Positions 1 to 12,836 of a stretch of 64,000 nt of DNA are shown piece by piece (the stretch's first letter is position 1; each line of letters opens with the position of its first letter). The stretch is from NCBI GenBank assembly GCA_027604505.1, contig JADIIX010000097.1, positions 1-64,000 of the forward strand, read 5' to 3'. The notes beneath the pieces are model-generated. The model was given only the letters and a program-made list of their open reading frames with translations, was not told where the DNA came from and made no database searches. Position numbers and translations under genes: made by a program. The stretch comes from Gonapodya sp. JEL0774. Lineage: Eukaryota.

Positions 1-147
1 CCCAATATTTTCCCCCGTGCCACATACCTTGTGTGCACCAAAGTCGTGATAACTAAATTCTGCGCAACCTCTCTAATGGAAAGCGACAACAAGAATTCTG
101 CATCCAGCTCCAGCTCTTTGTCTTCCCCCTCCTCCTCAACTTCCACG

Positions 148-2760
148 ATGTCTTTTACCAGGACAGCAAGCCTCCTTTTTCTCCTCCTCACCACAATTCT
201 AGGAGTCTACATTTTGACTCTTGCTTCCTTCATTTCGGATCCACGGCAACATATCAGGAGCTCGGAGAAAGCTGGAAGAGTGTGGACAGAACAGGTTTTG
301 GCAAACAAGAGTCTGTGCATGCAGAATGCTCGTATGAGCCCACCAGTGCTCCGTCAACTTGTTGCAAGACTCAAGTTTCCATGTGGGACACTACGTGGAC
401 TTGCAGATGGTGTTCAGTCACAGTTGAAGAGCAGTTAATGGGCTTCCTCTACTGGGTTGGGCAACGTTCATTCACCTGGAATCAGGCCAGCTGATTCGAA
501 CACTCCACAATTGCCATGTACTGGCTCATCTTTTTGCACTGGCTAGCTAATACATCAGGCTTCCAGACACTGCTAAGGGTCCTGACCAGGAACAATTTTT
601 GGAGAGCAAAAATTGCAAGTTTCGACAATTCTATGGGGCGTTAGGAGCAGTCAACAGAACGCACATCCCCATCTTTGTTCCGGAGTCTGAACAAGGTCTT
701 TTGCAAAATCAGAAAGGACACATTACACAGAATTGTCTGGGTGTGGTGGACTTTCACCAGTGTTTTGTGTATTTTTGGGCAAGGTGGCAGGTCAAGCTAT
801 GACAAACCGAACTCGGCACAAAAAAAGATCACCAAAACAAGCTTTTGAGCACACATTTTGTGATCGAATCAAACCTCAAACTCTGACATCCTTGATCGAA
901 CCGAACTCTGATGAGAACATTGATTGTTTTCGAACTTCTTAGCTAAACTAAACAGATATAACAGTAGAACTTCAATCTTCGTCAGTACTCAAGTCATCAT
1001 GTGACTCCACATCCTCCCATTTGTTGGTTTTGTAATTACTTGAATGAGAGCTTTCAAAAGCTCCAAGGTTGCATAACTTGTTTGTGGGCTCAGCCAGAAA
1101 ACAAACACACTCTGGGCAATTAAATACTAATGCTGGTAAATATTACTTATTCATTATTGACATGTCTGCTACAAAGTCTATTGCTAAGAAATAAGAATAC
1201 CGCATCACCCCCACCCACCATGTCCTAGCTGCTAGTTGACTGAGTGGACAACACGAGACTTGAACCCATCCACAAGTTAGATGTCACACCTTTGCAGGAC
1301 AACCAACAGCCACCAGACAGTGAGAAAACTTGCTTCCTGACGCTGCTGGAGGTGAGTAACAAAAAAGGCAGTTCAAGAACTCTGCCTCCAAATGGACTGT
1401 CTCACATGCAAATTGGTGTTGGAACAAGGGGTGAGTAGTCTGGGGATTGATACGGGGAACAGGCGTGGTGCTGGAGGGCACCACATCCCACGAGCTAATG
1501 GATGGGTGTTGGGGGAAAATGACATCAGCCTAAAGGAGGCTGCTGAAGCCAACAAACCACGCCCCAAGCACCATTGGTACTAGGTCAAGCGGCTGGGAGC
1601 TTTGGGAATGGTGGCAAGCAGTGGAGGAAGCAAGATGTCAGTACAAACCAACCCAGTGATGCTCAGTTCGCTGACGTGAACACCAACATGCGCGCAAGCC
1701 CACCTCCCATCATCTGGGAAGATGTAGCAATGGGTGACGCGGCCATCGCGTTTGATTTCTGGACACCAGGAGCCCCAACAGGTTCGGGGTACCCATTGCA
1801 CGTGCAATTTGAACCTACCTTGAATACCTGGAGGCTTTTCCACTCACTCTTCATCCTGAATGACAATGCAACGACGGCTCCTGATCTAGACCACTGTATT
1901 CCTTTGAAATCATGGTGGTATGGCGCGAAAATTGTGAACAGGGACAAAGGGGCGACGATGGAGGAACAAGGGTAGCGGAATTGAATTCTACGAACAAAAA
2001 CAAAAAATGAGAGAAAAACAAGGAGATAGACAGAAAAACTTCGGCAGGAAAGGGAAAGACAGACGCTTACAAGGATGTGAGGACGAAGGTGGTCAGTGAA
2101 CCCATCTATCCAAAACTTCCAAGAGTCCACGACCCACTGTATCCGTACTCTCATTTCCTGAAATAGGGGTGGGGAAGTAGATTTGTGCCGCAATAGTGTG
2201 GCCAGTGGATTGGTGGAGACAATATTTCGAAGTGTGCAGGTAAGACGTGGTCAGCCACAAAACAAACATGTTCAAAAACTGCAACCCCAAGTTTGAGTTC
2301 GATTTGAGATCGTCTACAAAAAGATTTTATCTAAAAATCTAAGTTCGAGATCAGGTTCGGCTTGTCAAACTTCGAGCGAACCGGAACTTATAGAACGTTT
2401 GTCATAGCGTGAGTGGCAGGGATCGGTGCTCGATGATGCCAGGGCACACAGATTTGATGCATCACCTGGGCAATTCTATCTTGGTGATGCCATCATACCA
2501 GGGTGATTGGTATCATTTGAAGGAATGGGGTGAAGGACAATTGAGGTGAGTACGACTGTACGTTTCAGCTGCAAGGATGCATCACAACACCTTTGACAAT
2601 CACAGACCTTATAGTGCTCAGGAACTTTTCAACCGTCGCCATTCTTCTCTGAGAAACATTTTAGAACGAGCGTTTGGAATCCTGAACAAGCTCCAATAAT
2701 GGAAACCCCTACGCACTACAGCATAGAGATACAGGTTGGCTGGTTTGTCAGCCTGGTTGA
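148..2760 (+). pseudogene. PIF/Harbinger (DDE_Tnp_4-type) transposase pseudogene, split by a nested insertion at 792-2412
   Basis: 5' part: GALGAVNRTHIPI...QNQKGHITQNCLGVVDFHQCFVYFWARWQ (degenerate GAIDGTH...RNRKG...AGWEG). After the insertion it continues in frame: GSVLDDA...GQFYLGDA, then PYQGDWYHLKEW and ELFNRRHSSLRNILERAFGIL. Contains stops and frameshifts. Outer boundaries approximate. Confidence 0.85.
792..2412. mobile_element. Non-autonomous TIR DNA transposon, hAT-like (8-bp TSD)
   Basis: Left TIR TCAAGCTATGACAAAC (792-807) versus right GTTTGTCATAGCGTGA (2397-2412), 15/16 match as an inverted repeat. Flanked by perfect direct repeat GTGGCAGG (784-791 and 2413-2420). Subterminal CGAAC/GTTCG motifs at both ends. 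No intact transposase ORF. Confidence 0.85.
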
Positions 2761-4207
2761 TGCATGGCCAAGGTCACAGCACAACAGGCTGGCACTGGCC
2801 GGACTAGTTGAGACGATCCCGCCACATAGCGACCAAAATCCCACTCCAGAAAGAGAACCACAGCCTAAATTCATACAGGGATTGTAACTAGAACATGATG
2901 GACATATATGCAATTTGTTTCCTTGCTTTTGAGGGAAAGGAATAATTTCCATTTCTCCGGTTAGGCAGGTCAAGATAGTGCAATGTCATTGCCCACACAA
3001 CCTTCCAGTCAGAACATTCTCAAGCCAGAACCCATCTCAGCCATCTCACATATAATCGAGGTCCCTCCCAGTGATCAGAAGACCAAAGGCAAATGTTGCC
3101 ACACGAGAAATGGATGACGGGACCATCCAGAAACCTCAAGTTCAAGGCTATTGCTCTTCCAGAGGACCCTGCTGCTGGTCTTGCCCTAAAAACAAGGCTT
3201 CTTGGACCTAGGCTTGGGTTCACCGAGATGAGATCCCCTCAATCCAAAGCTCTCGTGCAGGTTCTCTTCCATGGGAAAGATCTTGGCCTGTATACCACAG
3301 CCGCCATTAGTGGGGAAAGTGAGTATAGTGAAACAGACAAATACACAAACGTTAAACAAACACTTTAAACGTTCAAACAATCGTGCGCGCCTTACTTAGC
3401 GAAGTTAAGAAAAGAAATCTTTTTGGTGGGTAAGGATAGCCAAATTGCCTGTGTGATTGAGAATGTGTCTGGCAGTTACACATTGTGCGAGACATAGCAT
3501 GTAGCCTAACTGGCTGAACGAAAGTGTCTTTTGGTCTTAGTTGTGTGTTCAAACCTTGGTGGTCTTTTTCTTTAAGTCCAGACGCAAGCGAAAGCTTAGT
3601 AAGGCTTAAGATCAACCGCTAAGGAAGGGATAAGCGTTAGTTGGCCCATTTAGTGCTTTAATCATTATCTTTATAGTGATTGAGTACCTTTTAGTGACTT
3701 GTTGTTTGGATTGAATGAAGTAATCACTTAGTTCTGGCTGCTGGGTAAGTTGTCCATTTGGCCGGGAAAGAGAAGTTACTCTGCAAACTGAAGTGCTTTG
3801 GGAAGCATCTTTCTGAGTGAGTTCTAGTGCCAGTTCTTGGTGCTGGAACTCAAATTTGTAGAAGTCGTATTTCACAACTAAAGCTGTCTATCTTGAGTTA
3901 GAGGACTGAGTATCAGTAGAGTGAAGAGAACTTTGACTAGTTGTACTGCCTGAACATAGTTGGAATACACTGTTGTTTGAGCATCGACTTTCATTTACTC
4001 TCTTCGATTTACAAACTCGAAGTTCTTTAATCTCTTTGTGTTCATTGGACCTACAAGTTCAAGTCGTCATACTTGGGCTTTAAAGAGACAAATAAACAAA
4101 CTATCTTGTGGGACATAAACCCTCCTACAACGTATGACTGTCGGTGAGTGTTTCGCAATTACCACCGCTCATGAGGCTCATGTCTCTGACTGGTTACTCG
4201 CTCTCAG

Positions 4208-4395
4208 ATTTTGCGGTGCTAATCAATTGGTGTACCGCGGCGGACCCCGAAGATCGCCCGATTGCCTCCGAAATTCTTGCATCAGACTACGCAAGGGCCA
4301 GGATTGATGACCCACGGTATCGGATGGATCCCACTGGTGATCTAAACCCCCGAGTGTACTGGCAGAGTTTCGATACCGACCGCGCAGCAGGCTGA
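4208..4395 (+). pseudogene. Possible remnant of a protein kinase C-terminal exon
   Basis: DFAVLINWCTAADPEDRPIASEILASDY resembles kinase subdomain XI (DP..RPTA.E.L). It follows a GTGAGT...CTCAG intron. Upstream sequence is stop-ridden. Confidence 0.3.
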
Positions 4396-7300
4396 TAGCC
4401 AAGTTTAAGTTGGGGTTCATGTATTGGTCAATACAATGCCATGTTGAATCTGCATTGTAATTGTTCGTACAATCGCTCATGCTGATCCGCTAGCGTCTTG
4501 CGAGTAGTCTCGGCTGCGCATTTTCCAGTCAAGTCCACTTCGAGCTCAAAATCTTGTCCCATGCTTCACAGCAACCCTTCCTCCGTCATCACAACTACTC
4601 ACCACCTGACTCTCAATGTCACAGGGCTGAAGTTGGTTGCACATGTCTGAATGAGATACCTTTTGCGGAAACAGGAGGTGCTGAAGCAGTAAGCGTGTGA
4701 AATGATTGGGGGAAGTGGACTAGAGAACGAATAAGTAGATTTCAGAACCGCTGCTCACACCTCACCTCACTTCAGTCCACTTGTGAACACCCCCGCCTGC
4801 TCTTGCCATGCTGAAAATTGAGTTAGTTTCTCTGTGCAAGTAGTCTCAATGTTGCCAGGTATGGTCGTGTACCAAACGGACAGTCCAAGGACCTTCACAG
4901 ATATCCTCGGGCCAGAAGCTTGTGAGTTAGCCAACCAAAAAGCTCGAGGGCTGGCATCAGCTCTCTCAAGCAACACGTTCGGGGAATTTTCTGTGACCAG
5001 GGTTTTCAGTCATAATATGGAGGATCTGCACTACTTAAAAGCTCAATCTCTCGAGCTCCACGTCAATCCAACCTCTCTTTAATCGTGCCGAAGTTCTCTC
5101 TTTCAGCAAACACCCTTACAACTCACCTTTACGTGGCTTATCCACTCCACCATTCGCCAACTGCTCTCATTAGTTATTCCCGTCCATGCGTCTATGGAAT
5201 CTCAAAACTCCCGTGTCGAGGGATCCAGGCCGACCTGCGGCCGGAGAAGCATATTCGGCGAGCGATTTCGAGACTGGAGTCGTGGCGACAAGATTGGTCA
5301 AACAGAAGCAGTGAGAATACTCACGAAACATCCTGGAGTCACCACACTCCCTAACTCTGTGCCGTCTTCGGATCTCCAGGGATTGCAACCGCCATTATAT
5401 CCTTCTCGTCAAGTTTGTCACTGGTACGCCGACCTCAAACAAGCCCCATTGATTCAAAGCAGGAGGTGCATTCCAACTGAGAATCGTTCCTTGATACCGA
5501 GATTTTGTTGACCGAAATCGGAGCTGTATTGTCTCCATTGCTCCCGACCGACAAGTGCACAGTACGGGCTACGATCCGATCAGTGGCACTCGCAAACTGC
5601 GGTATTAATCGACCGGCTCCACAGCACAAACACAGCAATCCGCACTTATGTGATCCACGACACGGGAGTTTGGCCGACGTGACAGTCCCGTGTTAAACAT
5701 GTTAAAGAGTGGTAGGTCCGGTGGGTGCTTTGATCTTCTCTGAAGTCAGTATCACATCCCTTGTCCGCTTTGTCTCGCTGCCTCCACTCTCGCTCTTCCA
5801 CTGTCTCAAAACCGCGGCGACTCTTTGATCACACCAAGTTGCGCACCTCTCATCTCACTGGAGTCCCCGTGCGCCTCGTCGCCAAGCACACCAGGAAACG
5901 ACGTTGGGCCTGCTCCCATACAATCAACAATCCACTTGTAACAACTGTGCGGACCTCGAATTTGGACCAGCCCTCATGCTCTCTTCATGCAACGACAATG
6001 GGTTCGCATTGAGGGCTCGTGGGCCACCATCATTTGAAGTACGGCTGGGAAGAGATGCGATGGATCCATCAGCGTCCGGGATGCCGCGTTGCACAAACCA
6101 GGAGCAACGAACATAAGCACCGCGGGTGAGGCACGCTTACTAATTGGGCCGGAATGCGGTGAAAGATTGTGGTGACGTAGCTTAAGGTGGGGGAGCGTTC
6201 TTGTTGGGGTGGGACAGCGGAAGGACTGTGGATGCTCGACGCGGTGAGTACCAGAACAGTACCGTTATCACCACTCACAAATGTTGTCACCTACTCTCCG
6301 TCTCCAAAACATACAACAAATTGCACGGATGCGTCGGTGGGAGTCCCTGGCCCCACTCTTGTCCCACCGGTTACTTGGGCTAGAGGCTTCCGAGGTGTGG
6401 TGGCGCTGGTTGCCAGGATTGCAAGGAAAGTACCCGGTGCAGTGCAATGACTGAATTTTAACTCCTCGAACTTGTGTTTGCGCCGATTCGGGGAGCAGTG
6501 CTTGAAAGTGTGATTCCCGTGGAGCCCAAGTAGAATTGCTCATCACCACCACCAGTACTGCCTGTCCCACCACCTAATCCACCGATGAGGCTGGCGGTAT
6601 TAGGAGGCTGGCGGTAGTTAAAGCAGTGGAGGAACCGTCTGCGGGACTGGAGCATCGCCAGCGGTACGGGAAGTGTGCGCGTGAAAGTCGCGCATTGACT
6701 CGTGGAGCATTGCGCCATGGTTACTTGTAAATGGTGATAATAATGATGATGAAGGGGTCATCGTCCTGAACTGGTGTTTGGCGTCTGTGAATATACGGTC
6801 GGGAAAAGATGACGACACGCAGTCCGTAGGATGTGGTTGGCGGGCGTAAGAGAAGCCGGTGAGATCATTTCATGAGGACGATGCCGTGAGGTCGGTTTCT
6901 TCGAGTGTGGAATGGTGGGTTTTGACGAGCGCGAGGGTGGAAGGTGTCTGATGCTTTGAGTGTTCGGGGATGAGTTACGAGCACGTAGAAACACAAGGCG
7001 TGGCTGGATTTGTCATAGATGAAGGAGTTTCATCACTGTCGGCGTTGCCGTTGTTGTAGAATGGCGACGACTCTCACTTCAGTATTGGCGGGAGGAATCC
7101 ACCTCGAGGAATTCCAACCTCTGTTCATCGAGTGTTTCGGGTCATCACGCTCCCTCAGTCCCGCCACCAAATTTTCCTCGTTCGGTAACTTCTTGTCCTT
7201 CCTGTCTCTGTCTGTCAGCTGCCCTCAGTACCACCAAGGTGCCCTCACACATAATATGTCCAGATCCCGTCTCCATCCTCTGAAGACACCGACGGAATGT

Positions 7301-7614
7301 CCACATCCTCGATCTCCATCAACACATCCGCCTCATTTTATCGCCTAAGCGCCGAACTGAGGCTGTGATATCCAGCTAGCTCATTGGGCCGGTTCTCGCC
7401 GACCAGTTCCGCTGCCCATCGTGGTGTCTGTCAATTAGAAGGATTGGGCGTTGAAACAGGGTTTTCATGGGTTATGGCGTTGGATTGTTCTCGCGTCGCA
7501 AGTGGATGATAAGTTTCGCTTCTTGTCTGCTGGCCCTGCCGTTGATTGCGGGTGAACCTCAACTTCTCCGAAACCTTCCCAGTCCCCCCATGGACTGTTC
7601 CACGCTTGGACGCC

Positions 7615-10600
7615 ATGACGAGTTTCTTTACCCGTCCTGCCCGATCTTCGAGCGACGATGATTTTCAATCGATGGCGCCCGTTGGTCCCAAATCTCGAAT
7701 CAAACCAAACGTGTCCAGTCTCCCACAAACTCCAACATTCGCAAACTCAAAGAAGCGCAAGCGGACACTGAACACTAAAAATGCGAGTACGGTATCATCG
7801 GCTTCAGCTTCTGTGAAACGGCTCAAGAAAGAGTCTCCCAAGAGTGGTCGAAATGGAATCATGTCGTTCATGCGCACTCAGCATCATGCGGTTGATTTGG
7901 AAGTAATAGACGTGGACGCCGAGGACAACGACACGAGTTTGTCCATCTCGTTGGTTGAAAGCTGTGCGGTGCCCTCGGTGGACAGTTGCATGCTTGACTC
8001 CGGTTATGGGACTGTCAACCATCTCATTGTGGAGAGTTCTTTTGCTGCAGAGGAAAAGCTTGATGGACGGACAGGCGCAGACAATGTGGGACAATCGATC
8101 CCCGCTCCCGAGTTCGCGGACCCTGCATTTGTCCACGACGAAGTTCCAGACAACCCCCACGACCCCCTTTCGTCGTTTCTGGCAGCATCCGCTGCCATAT
8201 ATTCGAGTCAATCCCAATCACAGTCCTATTCGCAATCTTTGGATGGTGACGATGTGGACAATGACGGAATCGGAGAGCTCCTCGCCGAAATGGAGCACGA
8301 ACACGATGACGACATCATGTCGGTGTGGAGCGAGGAAGGCGAAGTGCGTCAGTCTGATCGTTTAGGCGACCATTCTCGCGTTGTATCGGACAGTATGGAT
8401 GTGGACGTCGACACTCCATTTCTTGATCCTGCCGAGGCACCTGCCCCAGTCGAAAACTCTGAGCAGGTTGAACGAGAGGACCCCATAGCCAATAACCTTG
8501 AAGACGTCCAGGACTCCTTCGATCTATGGGCAACGCAGGCGGAGCGGGAGCTTGTGGAGGCGTTGGGCCTCGTGGAAGACTCAGGCAACTCATTCGCGGA
8601 TGGCCAGGACGAGAGAGTGTCACCACGTGCTCAAACATGTCCAGTATGTTGCGTGACGTTTGGCAACGATCACCAAGCTGTATGTGTGCACATATCCTCA
8701 TGCTTTCACTGCCGTAATATTCAACAAAGCTGACTCTACGTCAATAACCAAGGCTTTCTCCGACCACGTTAACGCCTGCGTCCACAACAAGTCGAACGAC
8801 CCGGTCTCAACCCTCCGCAACTCCAACATATCAGCCGTGCTTGATGGTTTCCGATATTCCCCTGGGCAATCCGCCAACCCAACCGCTCGACCCTTGTCTA
8901 CCCTCCAATCACGACATTTCCACTCCGCGGGCGAAAGTGCTGCTAAGACTTCCTCGTCTGTGAGTGTGTCGGCTCCGACAAACTCGGGATCACGGAACGG
9001 AGGATGGGGTTGGGGCGCGTGGAGCGGGAAGGGCAAGGGGAAACGGGAGTGTCCGTTCTACAAACGGATACCTGGTGAGTTTTTGTGCGTTTCCGTTTTA
9101 CACTTTCGAATGGCGCGGCTCATGAGTTGGCTGTGCATTCGATGTCGACCAGGTACATCGTTTGCGGTGGACGCCTTCACGTACGGAGCGATCCCTGGAG
9201 TTACTGGCTACTTTCTGACACATTTCCACAGCGACCACTACGGTAGGTGACTCAAGCTCCCAATAAATTCTCATCTTATATCCGCGTGATTTCCACTCTC
9301 TTTCCCCGTTCGCTCAGGTGGACTCACATCGACTTTCAACCACGGAATGATTTATTGCTCCCCCGTCACTCGTACATTGGTACTGATGCAACTCCGAGTG
9401 GATGAATCCCGAGTAGTGGCGCTGCCTCTCGGGGAGGAAGTTGAGGTGGAGAGCGCTGGGTCATCGCGAGGTGGGGACAAGAAAGGGAACGCCGTGAAGG
9501 TGACATTGATGGAGGCGAATCAGTGAGTCAAGAGTATGCACTTTGTCCGTCATCTGATCTGAATAAAACGGTTGGGTTTTGTTCATTGAAGCTGCCCAGG
9601 CTCGGTTCTCATGCTCTTCAAAGTTCCCAACAGCCTTCCGAACTCTCCTCATTACACGTATCTCCACACAGGGGACATGAGAGCTCACCCTCCTCACCTC
9701 CAACTTCCGCACCTTACCTCGTTACCTCGCATCGACGCACTCTTTCTCGACACCACCTACTGTCGCCCTCAGTATCGCTTCCCGCCCCAAGACGAAGTGA
9801 TCCGAGTGTGTTCGGAACTCGTTGTGGGGATGGCGGATGGGAGAGATTCCAGGAAAGTCATTGGAGATGCATGGAAGGAATGGAGGAGTAGACAGGTCGA
9901 AGCCACAGCAGGGACGGGAGACTCCTCAGAGAAGCAGAGCAACCCACCAAAGCCGACGGGGCTGTTGGGATGGTTGCGCATCACTCCAAAAGAATCAACC
10001 TCGTCCGTCGTTGCGAAGCCACGCACATCCGGCCCTCTCAACGCATTCACGCGACTCCTGAACCCGCCCCAGCGAACACTCGTCACCGTTGGCGCTTATC
10101 AAATCGGCAAAGAGCGCCTGTTCAAAGCTCTCGCCTTGTCGCTCCGCACGTCCATCTTTGCTCAAGACTCACACAAGCGCCGAGTGCTCCGATCCATCGG
10201 AGACCAGCAGCTTGCCCGGCTTATCGTTGATGATCCATGCGGTGCATGCGTACACGTTGTGGGGATGGGGAAAGTCGACAAGGACGGGGCGTTGGAGGCC
10301 CTCGAGTATGCTAACTCCCGTGGGGGAAACTTTTCTCGAGTCATTGCGATCAGACCGACAGGCTGGACGTGGGGAGGGGGAAGCAAAGGCGGAAGAACCG
10401 CGAAAGTCGAAACGACAGGTCCGTTTTCGGTGAGAGATCTGAGACCGTACCCTGCACACCCAAAAGTGACGGTCGTCCCTTTGCCGGTGAGTTGTACCGA
10501 ACGATGTTTCTGTAATCAATCAATTGTGTGACCTTACGACAATGCTCACTGCAACATCCCATATAGTACTCGGAGCACTCGAGCTTCGACGAACTGGAGA

Positions 10601-10856
10601 TGTTTGTGTCGGGTCTGGCAAAACACCCAGGTGAGCAGTTTTTAGTGTCCGGGTGCTTCATCAGGACCTAAACCGTACCACAACAGGTCTCCGCAAAGTT
10701 GTTCCAACGGTTGGTTCAGGTCAAGGCTTCCGGGAAACTCAGCGGTACTGTGACGGCTTCCGCGCGGCTGGCGAGGCGGCTGCTCGACATGTGCCAGCGG
10801 GATCACCGAGTGAGCGAGATTGCCCACCCCTGACGTTCCGAGACCGGCAGGAATGA
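7615..10856 (+). CDS. PSO2: DNA interstrand cross-link repair nuclease PSO2/SNM1 (DCLRE1A-like; metallo-beta-lactamase/beta-CASP), multi-exon
   Basis: CPVC...HVNAC zinc finger; FAVDAF...[63 protein letters not shown]; canonical introns join these. Confidence 0.92.
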
Positions 10857-11332
10857 GCGTTGTTCGTACTTAGCCTTGTATATGTGTAAATATGTATTTT
10901 TGGTTGTATGAAACTGGTGGGAACCAGTCGGCGGGGTGCTGCGGAAGTCCTCTCGTGCACGGGGTGTCCAGGGGTTGTGCAAACTTTTTTGCGGGTATAT
11001 TTCATTGGGAAATTGACGAGTTTGTTATTGAGCGCTATGCGCCATAATTTCTCTGTTTGATCATGAATTCACCTCGATCTCCCTGTTACGCTCTGATGGG
11101 TTTCCAGCTTTCCTGGTGCCCCTGTGCGTTCCCCTCATACCTTTTGCAGGCTCATCACCTGGCTTAGTCACAGCCACCTTCTCGTTGTTGATTCCACAGC
11201 CGGACACAGCTCCAGCATGACACTGCAGATCAGCTAGTAACACAGGTATTACAAATGCTCGTGACTGTTATTTTGGTTACGTCGCAAACTGGTTCATCTT
11301 TCCATTACAGTTAGCGACTTTCACCACGTACT

Positions 11333-12695
11333 TCACACCAACACCTCCATCTTCGCCCCCACACCCAGCCCCCGCTGCACGCTGCTGTCTGTTACTTCGA
11401 GTCTGTTCAGCACTTCCCGCAGCGAGCCGCTCTCTCCTGTTGTGCCAAACACTCCGCCTTGCATCTTTGTCTGGCTTATCGCGCCAGCCCAATGGTCAGG
11501 GTATGCCGCGGCTGTGCAGTCGGTGACCATGATGCATTCGTAGCCGCGGTCGTTGGCGGCGCGCATCGTGGAGTGAACTGGCAGTGGATTTGGGATGATA
11601 TGAGATGCAGTGATGAAGACGTAAGAGAAGTAAGAATACGCACCACAGACGTCCGTTGTGACGCCAGTCAAAATGAGGTTCTTGATACCTGGTATCGTGG
11701 AATTTTCAGTTCATTTTAGGTCAGGGTTAGCTCTGTCCACTCGCGTCATGCCTGGTCCGCTCAGGGGAAACGCACCTCGCAGCTGCAGCGTCATGTCAAG
11801 ATCCGTAGCGTAGAAGCTGTTCTTGCCGGGTTTGTCGATCACAATTTCACCCTTTAGGGGTGCGAGTTCGGGAATGATCTCCCAGCCGGGTTCGCCGCGA
11901 ACAAGGAGGCGACCTGAGCAGTGAGTGGAAGAAAGGCAAAACGTCAAACACAGAAGGATGTAATTGTGTTCCAAAAGAGTGTGATTTTGGAGGGCTCGAG
12001 TCACTTTGGATATTTGAGAGGATGACATACCCAGCGGTCCCTTGTCTCCGATACCAATTCCTCCAGCACAGACAGCTCTCGTTCGGACACGTTTGCTCTC
12101 AGGCATGTCGGACAAATCTGGTCGATGACCTGTCGATCGCAGTTGTTGAGGTGTATTTCCGGTAGCGACAAGAGGGAGGTTGTCAACAGAGCGACGCCAG
12201 AATCATAACGGGTTCATGCTTGCCTTCGCGTGTGTGTATAATGGTCAGGCCAGATTTCCGACAAGTTTCGAGGAGAGACTGGATGTTGGGGATGATTGCT
12301 CGACATGCATCGAGTGATATGCCCTGAGAGTCAAGGTAGCCACCCTTTTCGCAGAAATCGCGTTGCATCTTTCATTGAAGTTGGCGAGCATGTAATATTT
12401 CAGTACGCGGCGCAGAGCGAACAAGACGATTTGACCCAAATTCGTCGAGATCAACTCACATCAATAATAATGAGCGCAGTGTTACTATATAAAAACGATG
12501 AAGCCATGAAAACATATGTTAATTACAACTCTTGAGTTTTCCGCAGGCGTATGAATCGCTCGAAAAGTCTTCCCATGCAGCCTCCAACCCCAATCATTCC
12601 ATTCCCCATCCCCACCTAGCTGTCAGATCTCCATCCCATGGCCAAGCATATGGTACTGAGTCCGATACCGTGAGAAATTGCGGGTGTCCGTTCAT
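11333..12695 (-). CDS. Isochorismatase-family cysteine hydrolase, divergent biuret/guanylurea-hydrolase-like paralogue, multi-exon (alternative in-frame ATG at 12749)
   Basis: [98 protein letters not shown]. Asp-Lys-Cys triad intact. Confidence 0.88.
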
Positions 12696-12836
12696 TCTGG
12701 CGCGTGTCGATCGCAACGGGGAAATTCTTATCAGGAACCTCTGAGGCATCTTGGGCCACAAACTTTCAGCAAACCTTTCCCTCTGCTGGCTGCCATAGAA
12801 CGTCAACGTTCTGAAACGCTCCAGAATACGTGATCG

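Noticed and set aside
2900..3340. Possible Myb/SANT partner gene of the Harbinger element
   Set aside because: No recognisable Trp-spaced Myb motif in any frame I read.
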